Part shown: positions 31,350 through 40,885 of the stretch, piece by piece | Layout: every line of letters begins with the position of its first letter | How positions within the stretch are numbered: position 1 is the stretch's first letter | Notes under the pieces: generated by a model | Told to the model about the DNA's origin: nothing | The model's input: only the letters and a program-made list of their open reading frames with translations | Databases searched by the model: none | NCBI GenBank assembly: GCA_023301725.1 | Contig: JALZUD010000079.1 | Location: 3,324-67,323, forward strand | Direction: 5' to 3' | DNA: 64,000 nt | Source: Granulosicoccus sp. | Lineage (GTDB): Bacteria > Pseudomonadota > Gammaproteobacteria > Granulosicoccales > Granulosicoccaceae | Program-made: the position numbers and the translations under genes

Positions 31350-32974
31350 TGAGTTCCAACGACGTTACCCATCACGCGGCCGATGATCACGACCATGATC
31401 ATGGGCATGACGAGCACGGCCCTGCGCCAGGATTAATGCGCTGGATTACAACAACTAACCATAAAGACATCGGTACTTTGTACCTGTGGTTCTCCTTGGT
31501 TATGTTTTTCATTGGCGGCGCGATGGCATTGGTGATCCGAGCCGAGCTATTCCAGCCTGGCATCCAGATCGTTGATCCAATGTTCTTCAACTCGATGACC
31601 ACCATGCACGCCATTGTCATGATTTTTGGTGTTGTTATGCCAGCATTTGTGGGTTTGGCAAACTGGATGATTCCCATGATGATCGGCGCACCAGACATGG
31701 CTCTGCCGCGTCTGAACAACTGGTCTTTTTGGATCATGCCGTTCGCTTTCACCATCATGCTATCAACCCTGTTTATGGACAGTGGTGGCCCTGCAGGCGG
31801 CTGGACTCTCTACCCGCCGCTCGTTTTGCAGATGGGTGACAGTTTTGCCTACGTTATTTTTGCTATTCATTTTCTCGGCATATCGTCGGTAATGGGCTCC
31901 ATCAATATCGTTGCCACGATCTTCAACATGCGGGCGCCAGGCATGACGTTTATGAAAATGCCAATGTTTGTATGGACGTGGTTGATCACGGCCTACTTGC
32001 TGATCGCGACTATTCCAGTATTCGCAGGCGCTGTAACCATGCTGCTGACTGACCGCTTTTTTGGCACTAGCTTCTTTAATGCTGCAGGTGGTGGTGATCC
32101 GGTCATGTTCCAGCACATTTTCTGGTTCTTCGGACACCCTGAGGTGTACATCCTCATTCTTCCAGCGTTTGGAATCGTATCTTCTATCATTCCGACGTTC
32201 GCTCGAAAGCCCTTGTTCGGCTACGACTCCATGGTATATGCCACGGCTTCTATTGCGTTCTTGTCGTTCATCGTTTGGGCGCATCACATGTTCACGACAG
32301 GCATGCCGCTCGCTGGATCATTATTTTTCATGTTTTCAACCATGATGATTTCAGTGCCCACAGGTGTGAAGGTATTTAACTGGGTCGCTACTATGTGGCG
32401 TGGTTCCATGACTTTCGAGACACCCATGCTTTTCGCTATCGGGTTTGTCATCATGTTCACAGTCGGGGGGCTTTCAGGTCTCATGCTGGCTATTACTCCA
32501 GCTGATATCCAGTACCACGACACCTACTTTGTGGTTGCTCACTTTCACTACGTGCTTGTGCCTGGTGCAATCTACTCGCTCATGGCGGCGACCTATTATT
32601 GGTTGCCAAAATGGACTGGCAACATGTACGACGAGACTTTGGGTAAATGGCATTTCTGGATATCAACGGTATTCGTCAACGTCCTGTTTTTCCCTATGCA
32701 TTTCGTTGGATTAGCGGGTATGCCAAGGCGAATTCCAGATTACAGCTTGCAGTTCGCTGACTGGAACATGATTGCAACCATCGGTGCATTTGGCTTTGGT
32801 TTTAGCCAATTGATGTTCGTGTACATCATCGTTAAATGTGTTCGCGGTGGCGAAAAAGCGACAGCCAATGTTTGGGAAGGCGCTCGTGGGCTTGAATGGA
32901 CGGTGGCTTCACCAGCTCCATATCATACGTTCGAGACAGCTCCTGCTATTGAATCTTCAACGGTAACTCGTTGA
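31349..32974 (+). CDS. coxA: Cytochrome c oxidase subunit I (A1 type)
   Basis: TTNHKDIG, GGWTLYPP, HIFWFFGHPEVYI, VWAHHMF, HDTYFVVAHFHY, GMPRR. Confidence 0.98.
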   Translation: MSSNDVTHHAADDHDHDHGHDEHGPAPGLMRWITTTNHKDIGTLYLWFSLVMFFIGGAMALVIRAELFQPGIQIVDPMFFNSMTTMHAIVMIFGVVMPAFVGLANWMIPMMIGAPDMALPRLNNWSFWIMPFAFTIMLSTLFMDSGGPAGGWTLYPPLVLQMGDSFAYVIFAIHFLGISSVMGSINIVATIFNMRAPGMTFMKMPMFVWTWLITAYLLIATIPVFAGAVTMLLTDRFFGTSFFNAAGGGDPVMFQHIFWFFGHPEVYILILPAFGIVSSIIPTFARKPLFGYDSMVYATASIAFLSFIVWAHHMFTTGMPLAGSLFFMFSTMMISVPTGVKVFNWVATMWRGSMTFETPMLFAIGFVIMFTVGGLSGLMLAITPADIQYHDTYFVVAHFHYVLVPGAIYSLMAATYYWLPKWTGNMYDETLGKWHFWISTVFVNVLFFPMHFVGLAGMPRRIPDYSLQFADWNMIATIGAFGFGFSQLMFVYIIVKCVRGGEKATANVWEGARGLEWTVASPAPYHTFETAPAIESSTVTR

Positions 32975-32985
32975 ATACTGCCTCG

Positions 32986-33165
32986 ATGAGCGATAGCCAA
33001 ACTACAGAAGGCACCCCTTCTCTTGCTCCTTCAACGGAGCAAGAAGAGGTGGCACCACAAGGTTTCATTCGGCGGTTTCGGTTGCCTTTGTCGCTTGGGG
33101 TTGTAGCTATCTGTCTCTACGCCAGCAGCATTCTTTACATTCTTTTCGGGCGAGGGCAAATCTGA
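32986..33165 (+). CDS. Small single-TM protein in cox operon
   Basis: 59 aa from ATG 32986; RRFR followed by LPLSLGVVAICLYASSILYILF; stop overlaps the ctaG start. Confidence 0.65.
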   Translation: MSDSQTTEGTPSLAPSTEQEEVAPQGFIRRFRLPLSLGVVAICLYASSILYILFGRGQI

Positions 33166-33782
33166 TGAGTCAAGTGGATCTGCAAATAGAAAGTGAAGCT
33201 GTCGCCAGCGAGCCTTCGTCAATGGAACCTGCAGTTAAAAACCGTTCGTCCCTTCATCTGAAGGTTATCGGTAAAATGCTGGCGCTTTCTATTGGAATGT
33301 TTGGATTTGGCTACGCGATGGTGCCGCTTTACGACATCATTTGCGATATCACCGGATTGAATGGTAAAACGGGCCGCGTCAGTATTGAGTCAGTCGCAAC
33401 AAGTCCCATTGATCAAAATCGCGAAGTGACAGTGGAGTTTGTCTCCAGCATTAATCAGGGCGGTTCCTGGGTGTTTAGGCCACAAGTCAAAACCATGACT
33501 GTGACTCCGGGAAAGCTCTACCACACTAGCTACTACGCGGAGAATTTGAGTGACGAGTACGTTGTTGCTCAGGCTACACCCAGTGTGTCGCCATTCACTG
33601 CTGCAAAATATTTCAACAAAACAGAGTGTTTTTGTTTCACTAGACAGCCCTTTGAAGGCAAGACCTCTAAAGATATGCCGATAACTTTCATCATCGATGA
33701 GGATTTGCCGGTTAATATCGATCGTGTAACCTTGTCATATACGTTTTTTCGATCGCCTGACCAAGGTGTAGAACCAAGTTAG
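33165..33782 (+). CDS. ctaG: Cytochrome c oxidase assembly protein CtaG/Cox11
   Basis: FGYAMVPLY..ICDITGLNG, YFNKTECFCF. Confidence 0.96.
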   Translation: MSQVDLQIESEAVASEPSSMEPAVKNRSSLHLKVIGKMLALSIGMFGFGYAMVPLYDIICDITGLNGKTGRVSIESVATSPIDQNREVTVEFVSSINQGGSWVFRPQVKTMTVTPGKLYHTSYYAENLSDEYVVAQATPSVSPFTAAKYFNKTECFCFTRQPFEGKTSKDMPITFIIDEDLPVNIDRVTLSYTFFRSPDQGVEPS

Positions 33783-33858
33783 TTGAGCCGACCTGCGTTT
33801 TAGCCTAGGGCAAGTAGCCTTTCTGGATCGGCCCATTTCACAATAGGACCATGCATGT

Positions 33859-34737
33859 ATGAGTAGTACAACAGCACCATCAGCTTATTACATTCCACAT
33901 GCCGCACGATGGCCTATCGTTGGCTCAATCGGTTTGTTTGTATTCTTTTACGGTTTTGCAACGTGGCTCAATGGCGCAGCCTTCGGCAAGGAAATGTTTT
34001 TCCTTGGAACCGCTATTGTCATATTCATGATGTTTGGCTGGTTCGGCCAAGTTGCCAGAGAGAGTGAGTCAGGTACCTACAACGGTCAAGTAGACTCCTC
34101 GTTCCGCATGTGCATGATGTGGTTCATCTTTTCTGAAGTCATGTTCTTTGCAGCCTTTTTCGGTGCTTTGTTTTATGCCCGATCTTTTTCTGGCCCATGG
34201 CTTGGTGGTGACGGTGCCGGTGGCGCTGAGATGACGAATGCCATCTTGTATCAAGGCCATGACTACGTTTGGCCCAGTGACGGCCCTGCACACATTGGTG
34301 GTGGATTTCAGCAGATGGGTTGGTTTGGCTTGCCGCTGATCAACACATTGCTTTTACTGACAAGTGGCCTGACATGTACGTTTGCTCACCACGCGATCCG
34401 TGAAGGTAAGCGTAATCCTTTCATTCTCTGGCTAGGTGCCACTGTTGGGCTTGGTTTTATCTTTGTCTGCCTACAGGCCTATGAGTATTATCATGCTTAC
34501 AGCGCTTTGAATTTGAAGATGACCAGTGGAATTTATGGCTCCACTTTCTTTATGCTCACTGGATTCCATGGGTTTCACGTAACCATGGGCGCCATCATTC
34601 TGTTGGTGGTTATGATCAGGGCGATGTTCAGCCACTTCAGTGCTGACAACCACTTTGCCTTTGAAGCTGCGGCTTGGTACTGGCACTTTGTAGATGTGGT
34701 CTGGTTAGGTCTGTTCATCTTCGTCTATCTGCTTTGA
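33859..34737 (+). CDS. coxC: Cytochrome c oxidase subunit III
   Basis: WFIFSEVMFF, FF.LTGFHG.HV, AWYWHFVDVVW. Confidence 0.97.
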   Translation: MSSTTAPSAYYIPHAARWPIVGSIGLFVFFYGFATWLNGAAFGKEMFFLGTAIVIFMMFGWFGQVARESESGTYNGQVDSSFRMCMMWFIFSEVMFFAAFFGALFYARSFSGPWLGGDGAGGAEMTNAILYQGHDYVWPSDGPAHIGGGFQQMGWFGLPLINTLLLLTSGLTCTFAHHAIREGKRNPFILWLGATVGLGFIFVCLQAYEYYHAYSALNLKMTSGIYGSTFFMLTGFHGFHVTMGAIILLVVMIRAMFSHFSADNHFAFEAAAWYWHFVDVVWLGLFIFVYLL

Positions 34738-34806
34738 CGGTAGCTGCCGACCGAGCTGTGGTGTCAAGGGCCTATTGGCTGGACACAATGCTCAACTGAA
34801 GACGAT

Positions 34807-34834
34807 AAAAAGGCGGTTAATACCGCCTTTTTTT
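34807..34834. terminator. Bidirectional intrinsic terminator
   Basis: AAAAA-GGCGGT-taat-ACCGCC-TTTTTTT between convergent genes. Confidence 0.85.
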
Positions 34835-34863
34835 ATTCCTGCTTTTTAATTGTTTTGATTTTT

Positions 34864-35178
34864 TTATTGGGTAATGCCAATTGGGCGTCTTCCACCACCT
34901 ATTGCAGGTGGTTCAGCTTCGGCACCGGCATTCTCATCATCCGTCGTCGGAACATTATTTCGGGCAGACAACGGGCTGGGGTTTAGTTCGATAACACCTG
35001 TAGCACCTGCAATCATGACGACCACGATGGCTAATATAGACAAACCGATGCGAACAGATAGTGCATTAACAGTCCGGTTTGATTGGCCTTTGTCTTTCAC
35101 CAGAAAATACAGGCCAGAAAAAAGGCTGATGATGACAAAGCCGAGTAATAAGAGAACAATGAATTTTACGAATAGCAT
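34864..35178 (-). CDS. DUF2909/HIG1-like small membrane protein
   Basis: SLFSGLYFLVKD.G...RTV.AL..RIGLS; usual inverted position in cox clusters; ~35-aa C-terminal extension. Confidence 0.85.
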   Translation of the reverse strand: MLFVKFIVLLLLGFVIISLFSGLYFLVKDKGQSNRTVNALSVRIGLSILAIVVVMIAGATGVIELNPSPLSARNNVPTTDDENAGAEAEPPAIGGGRRPIGITQ

Positions 35179-35222
35179 GGCGCTTGTACGAGGTGCAGTG
35201 GCTTTGCGATGAGGGTACCACT

Positions 35223-36017
35223 ATGACACTCGGCAACTGGCGGTTCAGGCCAAAAGCCTGGGCATCTATTTTGTATCTGGCGGTCCTTTTATGTATGCTT
35301 TGGTTAGCTAATTGGCAGCTGGAGCGGGCAGCGTTAAAAGTGAGTCTGCAGGAATCTGCGGAGCTGGCATACAATTCACCGGCTATCCCTTTGTCTGAGC
35401 TTGCCGATTATCCAAGCGCTGCTGCCTCTTACCAGAGAGTAGCGATATCAGGAAAATACGACGCTTCGCGCCAATTTCTATGGGACAACCGTTCCCACAA
35501 AGGCCAAGCTGGATTTGAGGTTATTTCGCTGATCAACATGGTTGACGGTGGTGTGGCATTGGTTAATCGTGGATGGGTTGCGCCGGGGCCGAGTCGTCAG
35601 CAGTTGCCGGATGTGTCTTTGCCAGAGTCAGCGATCACAGCCGAACTCCACATAGAGGGGTTTGTCTCCCAGCCGTCAAAAGGCTTTTCCAGTGGTCCAG
35701 CAGTTGCTGCGGACAAAACATGGCCTAAACTACTGCAATATGTGGACTTTGCCGCTATCGCCCAGTCATTGGGTGAGCCGGTTGTGCCTGTGCTCGTACA
35801 AGCTCAAACGTTAGGCACCGATGCGAATACAGCAAGTGTGCTAACGTCGCGCCCCGAGTGGTTAATAGCCAACTGGCAACCTGCGGCTTCCGGACCTGCC
35901 AAGCATTACAGCTATGCTTTTCAGTGGTTTGCCATGGCGCTAGCGTTAACGGGCATATTTCTAGTAGTTAACATCCAAAGAGTTAACCTTCAAAAGGTAA
36001 TGGGATCTGATGACTGA
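35223..36017 (+). CDS. SURF1 family protein
   Basis: WQLERA, DNR..G.AG..VI, LVNRGWV, H.SYA.QWF. Start set at ATG 35223. Confidence 0.9.
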   Translation: MTLGNWRFRPKAWASILYLAVLLCMLWLANWQLERAALKVSLQESAELAYNSPAIPLSELADYPSAAASYQRVAISGKYDASRQFLWDNRSHKGQAGFEVISLINMVDGGVALVNRGWVAPGPSRQQLPDVSLPESAITAELHIEGFVSQPSKGFSSGPAVAADKTWPKLLQYVDFAAIAQSLGEPVVPVLVQAQTLGTDANTASVLTSRPEWLIANWQPAASGPAKHYSYAFQWFAMALALTGIFLVVNIQRVNLQKVMGSDD

Positions 36018-36678
36018 CAATCAACAAGCATTGCATACGGGCAATTCGGCGCTTCCTGAAATTGATCCAGCTGATCGCCGCCGATCGCGTATCAAGCTAG
36101 TGTCGATCTTTGCCATTTTTGCTATCCCGCTGATCCTTGCCAGCATTTACTTGCATTTGGTCAGAAGCAGCGATGGAACAGTAGGCGATACCTCTCGTGG
36201 CCAGCTTATTCAACCTGCTGTGCCGCTAACTGAGTTCACCTTGAAGGCGACAAACTTTGCTGAAGGGGAATTCGATCTAGATGCAGTGCGTGGGCTTTGG
36301 TCGATGCTGTATGTGCCGAAAGGTGCCTGTCTGGAGGCCTGTGAGCAGAATCTGTATCACATGCGACAAGTCCGTTTGGCGCTGAATCATCGAATGGATC
36401 GGGTGCAGCGAATCGTGCTAGTGGAATCGCCCACGCAACTCGATGAAAAGTTGGTCAGTGAGCACCCGGGTTTGATTGTAGCGACAGGATCAGCAGAAGA
36501 GCAGGCGCAACTAAATTCGCAGGTGGACGCCGCACAGCAGGGCATGGAGAGTTTGGAAGACGCCATTTACTTAATTGACCCTTTTGGCAACATAATGCTT
36601 CGGTTTCCTCACAACTTGCCACCTAAATTGATGTTGAAAGATATAAAACATCTATTAAAAGTGTCTCGTATCGGTTAA
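36010..36678 (+). CDS. Membrane-anchored thioredoxin-like cox assembly protein
   Basis: One TM, G.W..LY, CLEAC, RQVR.AL, YLIDP.GN.ML, DIKHLLKVSRIG; usual position after SURF1. Confidence 0.8.
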   Translation: MTDNQQALHTGNSALPEIDPADRRRSRIKLVSIFAIFAIPLILASIYLHLVRSSDGTVGDTSRGQLIQPAVPLTEFTLKATNFAEGEFDLDAVRGLWSMLYVPKGACLEACEQNLYHMRQVRLALNHRMDRVQRIVLVESPTQLDEKLVSEHPGLIVATGSAEEQAQLNSQVDAAQQGMESLEDAIYLIDPFGNIMLRFPHNLPPKLMLKDIKHLLKVSRIG

Positions 36679-36729
36679 TCTTGCGTGTTGTTGCTCAGCC
36701 AGAGTGATGGTCCGAATACAAGCCAAGCG

Positions 36730-37659
36730 ATGAAAACTTCGTCCCAGATAAAACCTACTCCTTCTCTTTTGAGTCATTCGCTTGAGCATTGGCGAGACTA
36801 CTACGAGATCACAAAGCCTAAAGTGGTGCTTTTGCTTGTTTTTACAGCATTGGTGGGCATGGCGTTGGCAGTCCCTTTGTGGTTGCCAGTGCAAGAGACG
36901 TTTTTCGGTTTGTTAGGTATCGGCATGGCAGCAAGCTCTGCTGCTGCGATCAACCATGTGATTGATCAGCGCTCTGATGCCATCATGAAGCGGACCGAAA
37001 ATCGGCCGATCCCCAAAGGTGCGCTGAGCACTCGGCAGTGCTTAACATTTGCACTGGCGCTGGGGGTCATTTCCATGGTGATGCTGGTTGTTCTGGTCAA
37101 TGTGCTAACCGCTGTTTTAACGTTTCTATCGTTAATTGGTTACGCCATTGTTTATACCGTCTACCTCAAACGCGCAACGCCGCAAAACATTGTTATTGGT
37201 GGTGCGGCAGGAGCCATGCCACCGGTGTTAGGTTGGGCAGCCGTCACTAACGAAGTCAGTGCTGCCGCACTTTTATTGTTTCTCATTGTTTTTATCTGGA
37301 CGCCACCGCATTTCTGGGCTCTGGCAATACATCGTCGTGATGACTACGCCAAAGTGGATATCCCCATGTTGCCTGTCACCCATGGCATACCGTTCACTCG
37401 AGTACAAATTTTTCTCTACACAGTGTTGTTGGTCATCATCACTATATTTCCCTATCTGATTCAGATGAGCGGTCTGCTGTATTTAGGGGGTGCCTTGGTG
37501 CTGGGTGGTATGTTCTTGTGGCATGCTTGGAAAATGTTTGACGATGAGGCCACCGAGCAGCCCATAAAAACCTTTGTTTTCTCAATCAATTACTTAATGT
37601 GGCTTTTCGGCATTATGCTGGTCGACCATTACATACCGGTGGTGTTAGCGATATTCTGA
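36730..37659 (+). CDS. cyoE: Protoheme IX farnesyltransferase (heme O synthase)
   Basis: [47 protein letters not shown]. Start set at ATG 36730. Confidence 0.96.
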   Translation: MKTSSQIKPTPSLLSHSLEHWRDYYEITKPKVVLLLVFTALVGMALAVPLWLPVQETFFGLLGIGMAASSAAAINHVIDQRSDAIMKRTENRPIPKGALSTRQCLTFALALGVISMVMLVVLVNVLTAVLTFLSLIGYAIVYTVYLKRATPQNIVIGGAAGAMPPVLGWAAVTNEVSAAALLLFLIVFIWTPPHFWALAIHRRDDYAKVDIPMLPVTHGIPFTRVQIFLYTVLLVIITIFPYLIQMSGLLYLGGALVLGGMFLWHAWKMFDDEATEQPIKTFVFSINYLMWLFGIMLVDHYIPVVLAIF

Positions 37660-37681
37660 TTGCTTGTCCAGATTCTCACTA

Positions 37682-37771
37682 TCGAAAAATCCTGTTAGTG
37701 CGAATATTCCGCCAAATAGAGAGCCAAAGTACGAAAAATACGTACTGTCTTATTAGTAAATTCATTTTCGA
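37682..37771. promoter_or_regulatory. Putative NhaR-type A-tract boxes
   Basis: TCGAAAAATC (37682-37691), ACGAAAAATA (37731-37740), inverted TTCATTTTCGA (37761-37771). Confidence 0.5.
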
Positions 37772-37776
37772 AGCTA

Positions 37777-38715
37777 ATGAGACACCTCAACTACAACCAT
37801 CTACTCTATTTCCACACGGTAGCCCGCGAAGGCAGTGTGGCGCAAGCGGCCAAAGTCTTGCATCTGACCCCGCAAACCGTCAGCGGTCAGATAAAACTAC
37901 TTGAGGACGTAGTGGGAGAACCCTTGTTTTTAAGGGTTGGCCGAGGCCTGACGCTGTCAGATACCGGGCGTGTGGTTCAGACGTACGCAGATGAGATCTT
38001 TTCGGTGGGAACAGCGCTTGTTCAACGTTTGCAGAGTAGCTCTGAACAAAGCGTTAGAGAGCTGCGAGTGGGAATTGTGGATTCGTTCCCCAAGCTTGTC
38101 GCTTGCCGGCTTCTCGGCGTCACGCTGGATTCGTCTGAGACTGTCAAGCTGTCCTGCTCTGAAGGCAAGCTTGAGGCATTGCTTGCCGATCTATCAGTCC
38201 ACAAACTGGACTTGCTGTTATCAGATCGTCCAGTACCTACCGAGCTCAATGTGCGTGCATACAATCATGCCCTTGGTTCTAGCGAATTGTCCTTCTTCGC
38301 GCCGCAAGGCTGGGATGAGACTCTAACCAGTAGTTTCCCCGAGTGTTTGGCTTGTGTCCCGGTGCTTTTGCCTAACGCATCGTCAGCGCTCAGGCGTAGC
38401 CTTGATCATTGGTTCGATGAAATGGGTATTGTTCCAAAGGTTGTCGCAGAGTTCGATGACAGCGCCTTGATGAAAACTTTTGGCGAATCAGGCTTGGGTG
38501 CTTTCCCAGCTCCCGATGTTATCGAAGATGATGTTAAGCGCTGCTTCAATGTCAAGCGTATAGGTTCTGTAGAGGGTGTGACTGAGAATTTTACTGCTAT
38601 TTCTCCACAACGCCGACTGCGCCATCCCTCTGTTCTGAGCATTGCAGAAAGTGCATACAAAGTGTTGCAGAATGACCCGGAGGAACACGATTTGCCGGTA
38701 GAAACACAACCTTAA
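37777..38715 (+). CDS. nhaR: LysR-family regulator, NhaR-like
   Basis: HLNYNHLLYF..VAREGSV..AA..LHLTPQTVSGQI, GIVDS.PK, VAEFDDSALMK.FG..G.G.F.AP. Confidence 0.9.
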   Translation: MRHLNYNHLLYFHTVAREGSVAQAAKVLHLTPQTVSGQIKLLEDVVGEPLFLRVGRGLTLSDTGRVVQTYADEIFSVGTALVQRLQSSSEQSVRELRVGIVDSFPKLVACRLLGVTLDSSETVKLSCSEGKLEALLADLSVHKLDLLLSDRPVPTELNVRAYNHALGSSELSFFAPQGWDETLTSSFPECLACVPVLLPNASSALRRSLDHWFDEMGIVPKVVAEFDDSALMKTFGESGLGAFPAPDVIEDDVKRCFNVKRIGSVEGVTENFTAISPQRRLRHPSVLSIAESAYKVLQNDPEEHDLPVETQP

Positions 38716-38871
38716 GCGTTACAAAAAATGTCTGCTGATGGCGGCCGTGTTCTAAACCACTTCAGTGTTTTTGGACGGTAACTCCCCATTTATGATGTTT
38801 TACAAAATACTAGTGAGTTAGCAAATCAGATGATTTATAGTAGTTGATTACGCTATTGAGGTAAACGACTC

Positions 38872-39585
38872 ATGATGACCTATATGTTGCTAGTGATGTT
38901 GCCAGGTATGGTGCTTTCCGGGCTTGCATCCATGATGGTAAAGCGCACGTTTGCAAAGTACGAAAATGTTGGCACCCAATCCAATATGACAGGTGCGCAA
39001 GCTGCAAAGCTCATGCTTGAGCGGCAAGGTGTTACAGATTGCAAGATAGAAGCTGTGTCGGGAAGGCTGAGTGATCATTATGATCCACGGGTTAAAACGT
39101 TGCGTCTTTCAGAGCCAGTTTTTAATGCCACATCAATATCAGCCATCGGAGTTGCTTGCCACGAGGCGGGTCATGCATTGCAACATGCGCAAGGCTACCC
39201 TTGGCTGAAGATGCGTTCTACGCTCGTGCCGGTCACTAATATCTCAAGCAAAATGTCGATGCCAATCATTATGGTTGGTGGTCTTTTGATGTCGCTAGTA
39301 CCGGTGTTTGGAACGCCTGTGTTGCTACTTGGCTGCGCACTGTTTGCAGTGGCAGTTGTGTTTTCGGTCGTCACTCTTCCTGTTGAGTGGGATGCAAGCG
39401 CTCGGGCTAAAACAGCAATGGTAGATGCTGGTATTGTCACGCCGCAAGAAATGGGTGGAGCGAGCAACGTTCTCAATGCCGCGTTCCTGACTTATCTTGC
39501 CGCGGCTATAGCATCAATACTGACGCTTATCTACTACTTGCAAAGGAGTGGTGTGCTGAGAATGTTGCTAAGAGGTCGGCATTAG
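38872..39585 (+). CDS. Membrane neutral zinc metallopeptidase (YugP-like)
   Basis: G.LSDHYDP, SISAIGVACHEAGHALQH, TLPVEWDAS.RA, VL.AA.LTY.AA. Confidence 0.9.
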   Translation: MMTYMLLVMLPGMVLSGLASMMVKRTFAKYENVGTQSNMTGAQAAKLMLERQGVTDCKIEAVSGRLSDHYDPRVKTLRLSEPVFNATSISAIGVACHEAGHALQHAQGYPWLKMRSTLVPVTNISSKMSMPIIMVGGLLMSLVPVFGTPVLLLGCALFAVAVVFSVVTLPVEWDASARAKTAMVDAGIVTPQEMGGASNVLNAAFLTYLAAAIASILTLIYYLQRSGVLRMLLRGRH

Positions 39586-39612
39586 ATTCATACCTTGAAG
39601 CGTTTGCGCGCT

Positions 39613-40872
39613 TTAGCGCAAACGCCAAAGACCGGAGCGTGCGCCTTCCGTTATTGCCAACACCAAATGGTAGAGCAAACGGCTGAGCGCTTCGGACCAA
39701 AGTGGGGTGCCTGAACTGTCTACCTGATTGATAAAGGCAGTTTTCCCCGCAAAGTACTGCTTAAATACAAGCAGCATTAAGGCTTCCGCCTTACGTGCAT
39801 GTTCGGGGGATGCGCTTCTAATGGCATGGGTTTTTATCGCTTCTGTTTGTGGCCAGAGCAAGAAGCTTTCCTCGCGCCACTGCGCATCAGATGAGACAGC
39901 ATCAAATGCACCCCCTTGCATTATGCCAGTCGACGAAAAGCCAATATTGTCTGAAAAACTCAGTAGCGCGTCTGCATATTCTTTCGTATCGCTTTGGCCG
40001 CTGAGTGTCGCTTCCCTACGGAGCAGCCAAGCCCACTCGCATTGATGGCCGACCTCTCGTCGTGTGCCGTCTCGGCCGGGTAGAGCACCAAGATCTGGTG
40101 CGATGAATTCGATAATGCTACCGCTATTGGCATCATAAAAGTATTCAAGTCCTTTAATTCGCATTTGCTTCGCACGGTCTAGCCAAATTGGTTTGCGCGT
40201 CATTTCAAAGGCTTGAAGAGCAGCCTCATACAGGTGCATGTGCGGGTTTTGAGCGCGCGGCGGTGTGTCAGCTATTGATGCATCACGCACTTCATTGTGT
40301 TCTAGCAAAAGGCCAGTTTTTGGATCAGTTAGTCGGGTTTCAAGAGCTGACCAACAAGACTCAATTTCTAGAGTTTCGTCAACGTCTGGCAGTAGATGCT
40401 CCCATGTCGCAAGGCCCAGAATGACAAAACTTTGATCGTAGCTAAATACGCGCTCATCGCCGTGTTCGCCGCTAAGGTGGTCGATATGGCCATCGTCATG
40501 GCTAGTGTCACGTGCATCAGACACACTAGTGGAGGTAGAGATTGCCCGGCAATAACCTCCGTGAGTGTCACGGAACAACGGCAAGGCCTCACGGGCAACC
40601 TTCGCTGCATCCTTGAACACAGGATTGCTTGAGTGATGCGCTAAATGCGAAAACGTAAAGAGCAGCCTTGCCTGAGCAAGAAGGGTGCTTCTATGGCATT
40701 GAGTGGGCTTTGCATTGATGTCCAGCTGGTCGTAAAAACCTTTGCTGTCGGGGATGCGAGCTTGCTTTACCCAAGCGGGTAGAAATTGATCTGTGAACCA
40801 ATCTATCCACTGATCTACTGTTGCAGTGTCGGAGGGTTGTTCGTTTGCACTGAGCTGTAGGGGAGAGGTCAT
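39613..40872 (-). CDS. AGE-family sugar epimerase/isomerase
   Basis: QARLLFTFS, FSYDQSF, QNPHMHLYEA, EVGHQCEWAWLL, LWPQTE..K, LYH. Start set at ATG 40872. Confidence 0.88.
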   Translation of the reverse strand: MTSPLQLSANEQPSDTATVDQWIDWFTDQFLPAWVKQARIPDSKGFYDQLDINAKPTQCHRSTLLAQARLLFTFSHLAHHSSNPVFKDAAKVAREALPLFRDTHGGYCRAISTSTSVSDARDTSHDDGHIDHLSGEHGDERVFSYDQSFVILGLATWEHLLPDVDETLEIESCWSALETRLTDPKTGLLLEHNEVRDASIADTPPRAQNPHMHLYEAALQAFEMTRKPIWLDRAKQMRIKGLEYFYDANSGSIIEFIAPDLGALPGRDGTRREVGHQCEWAWLLRREATLSGQSDTKEYADALLSFSDNIGFSSTGIMQGGAFDAVSSDAQWREESFLLWPQTEAIKTHAIRSASPEHARKAEALMLLVFKQYFAGKTAFINQVDSSGTPLWSEALSRLLYHLVLAITEGARSGLWRLR

Positions 40873-40885
40873 GGTAGGCACCGCG

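Noticed and set aside
31349-31430. His/Asp-rich N-terminus of CoxA
   Set aside because: Such His-rich tails are common in proteobacterial subunit I.
38784-38792. CCCCATTTA sigma32-like -10 upstream of the Zn peptidase
   Set aside because: No CTTGAA-like -35 at 13-15 nt; the nearest (CTTCAG) is 18 nt away.
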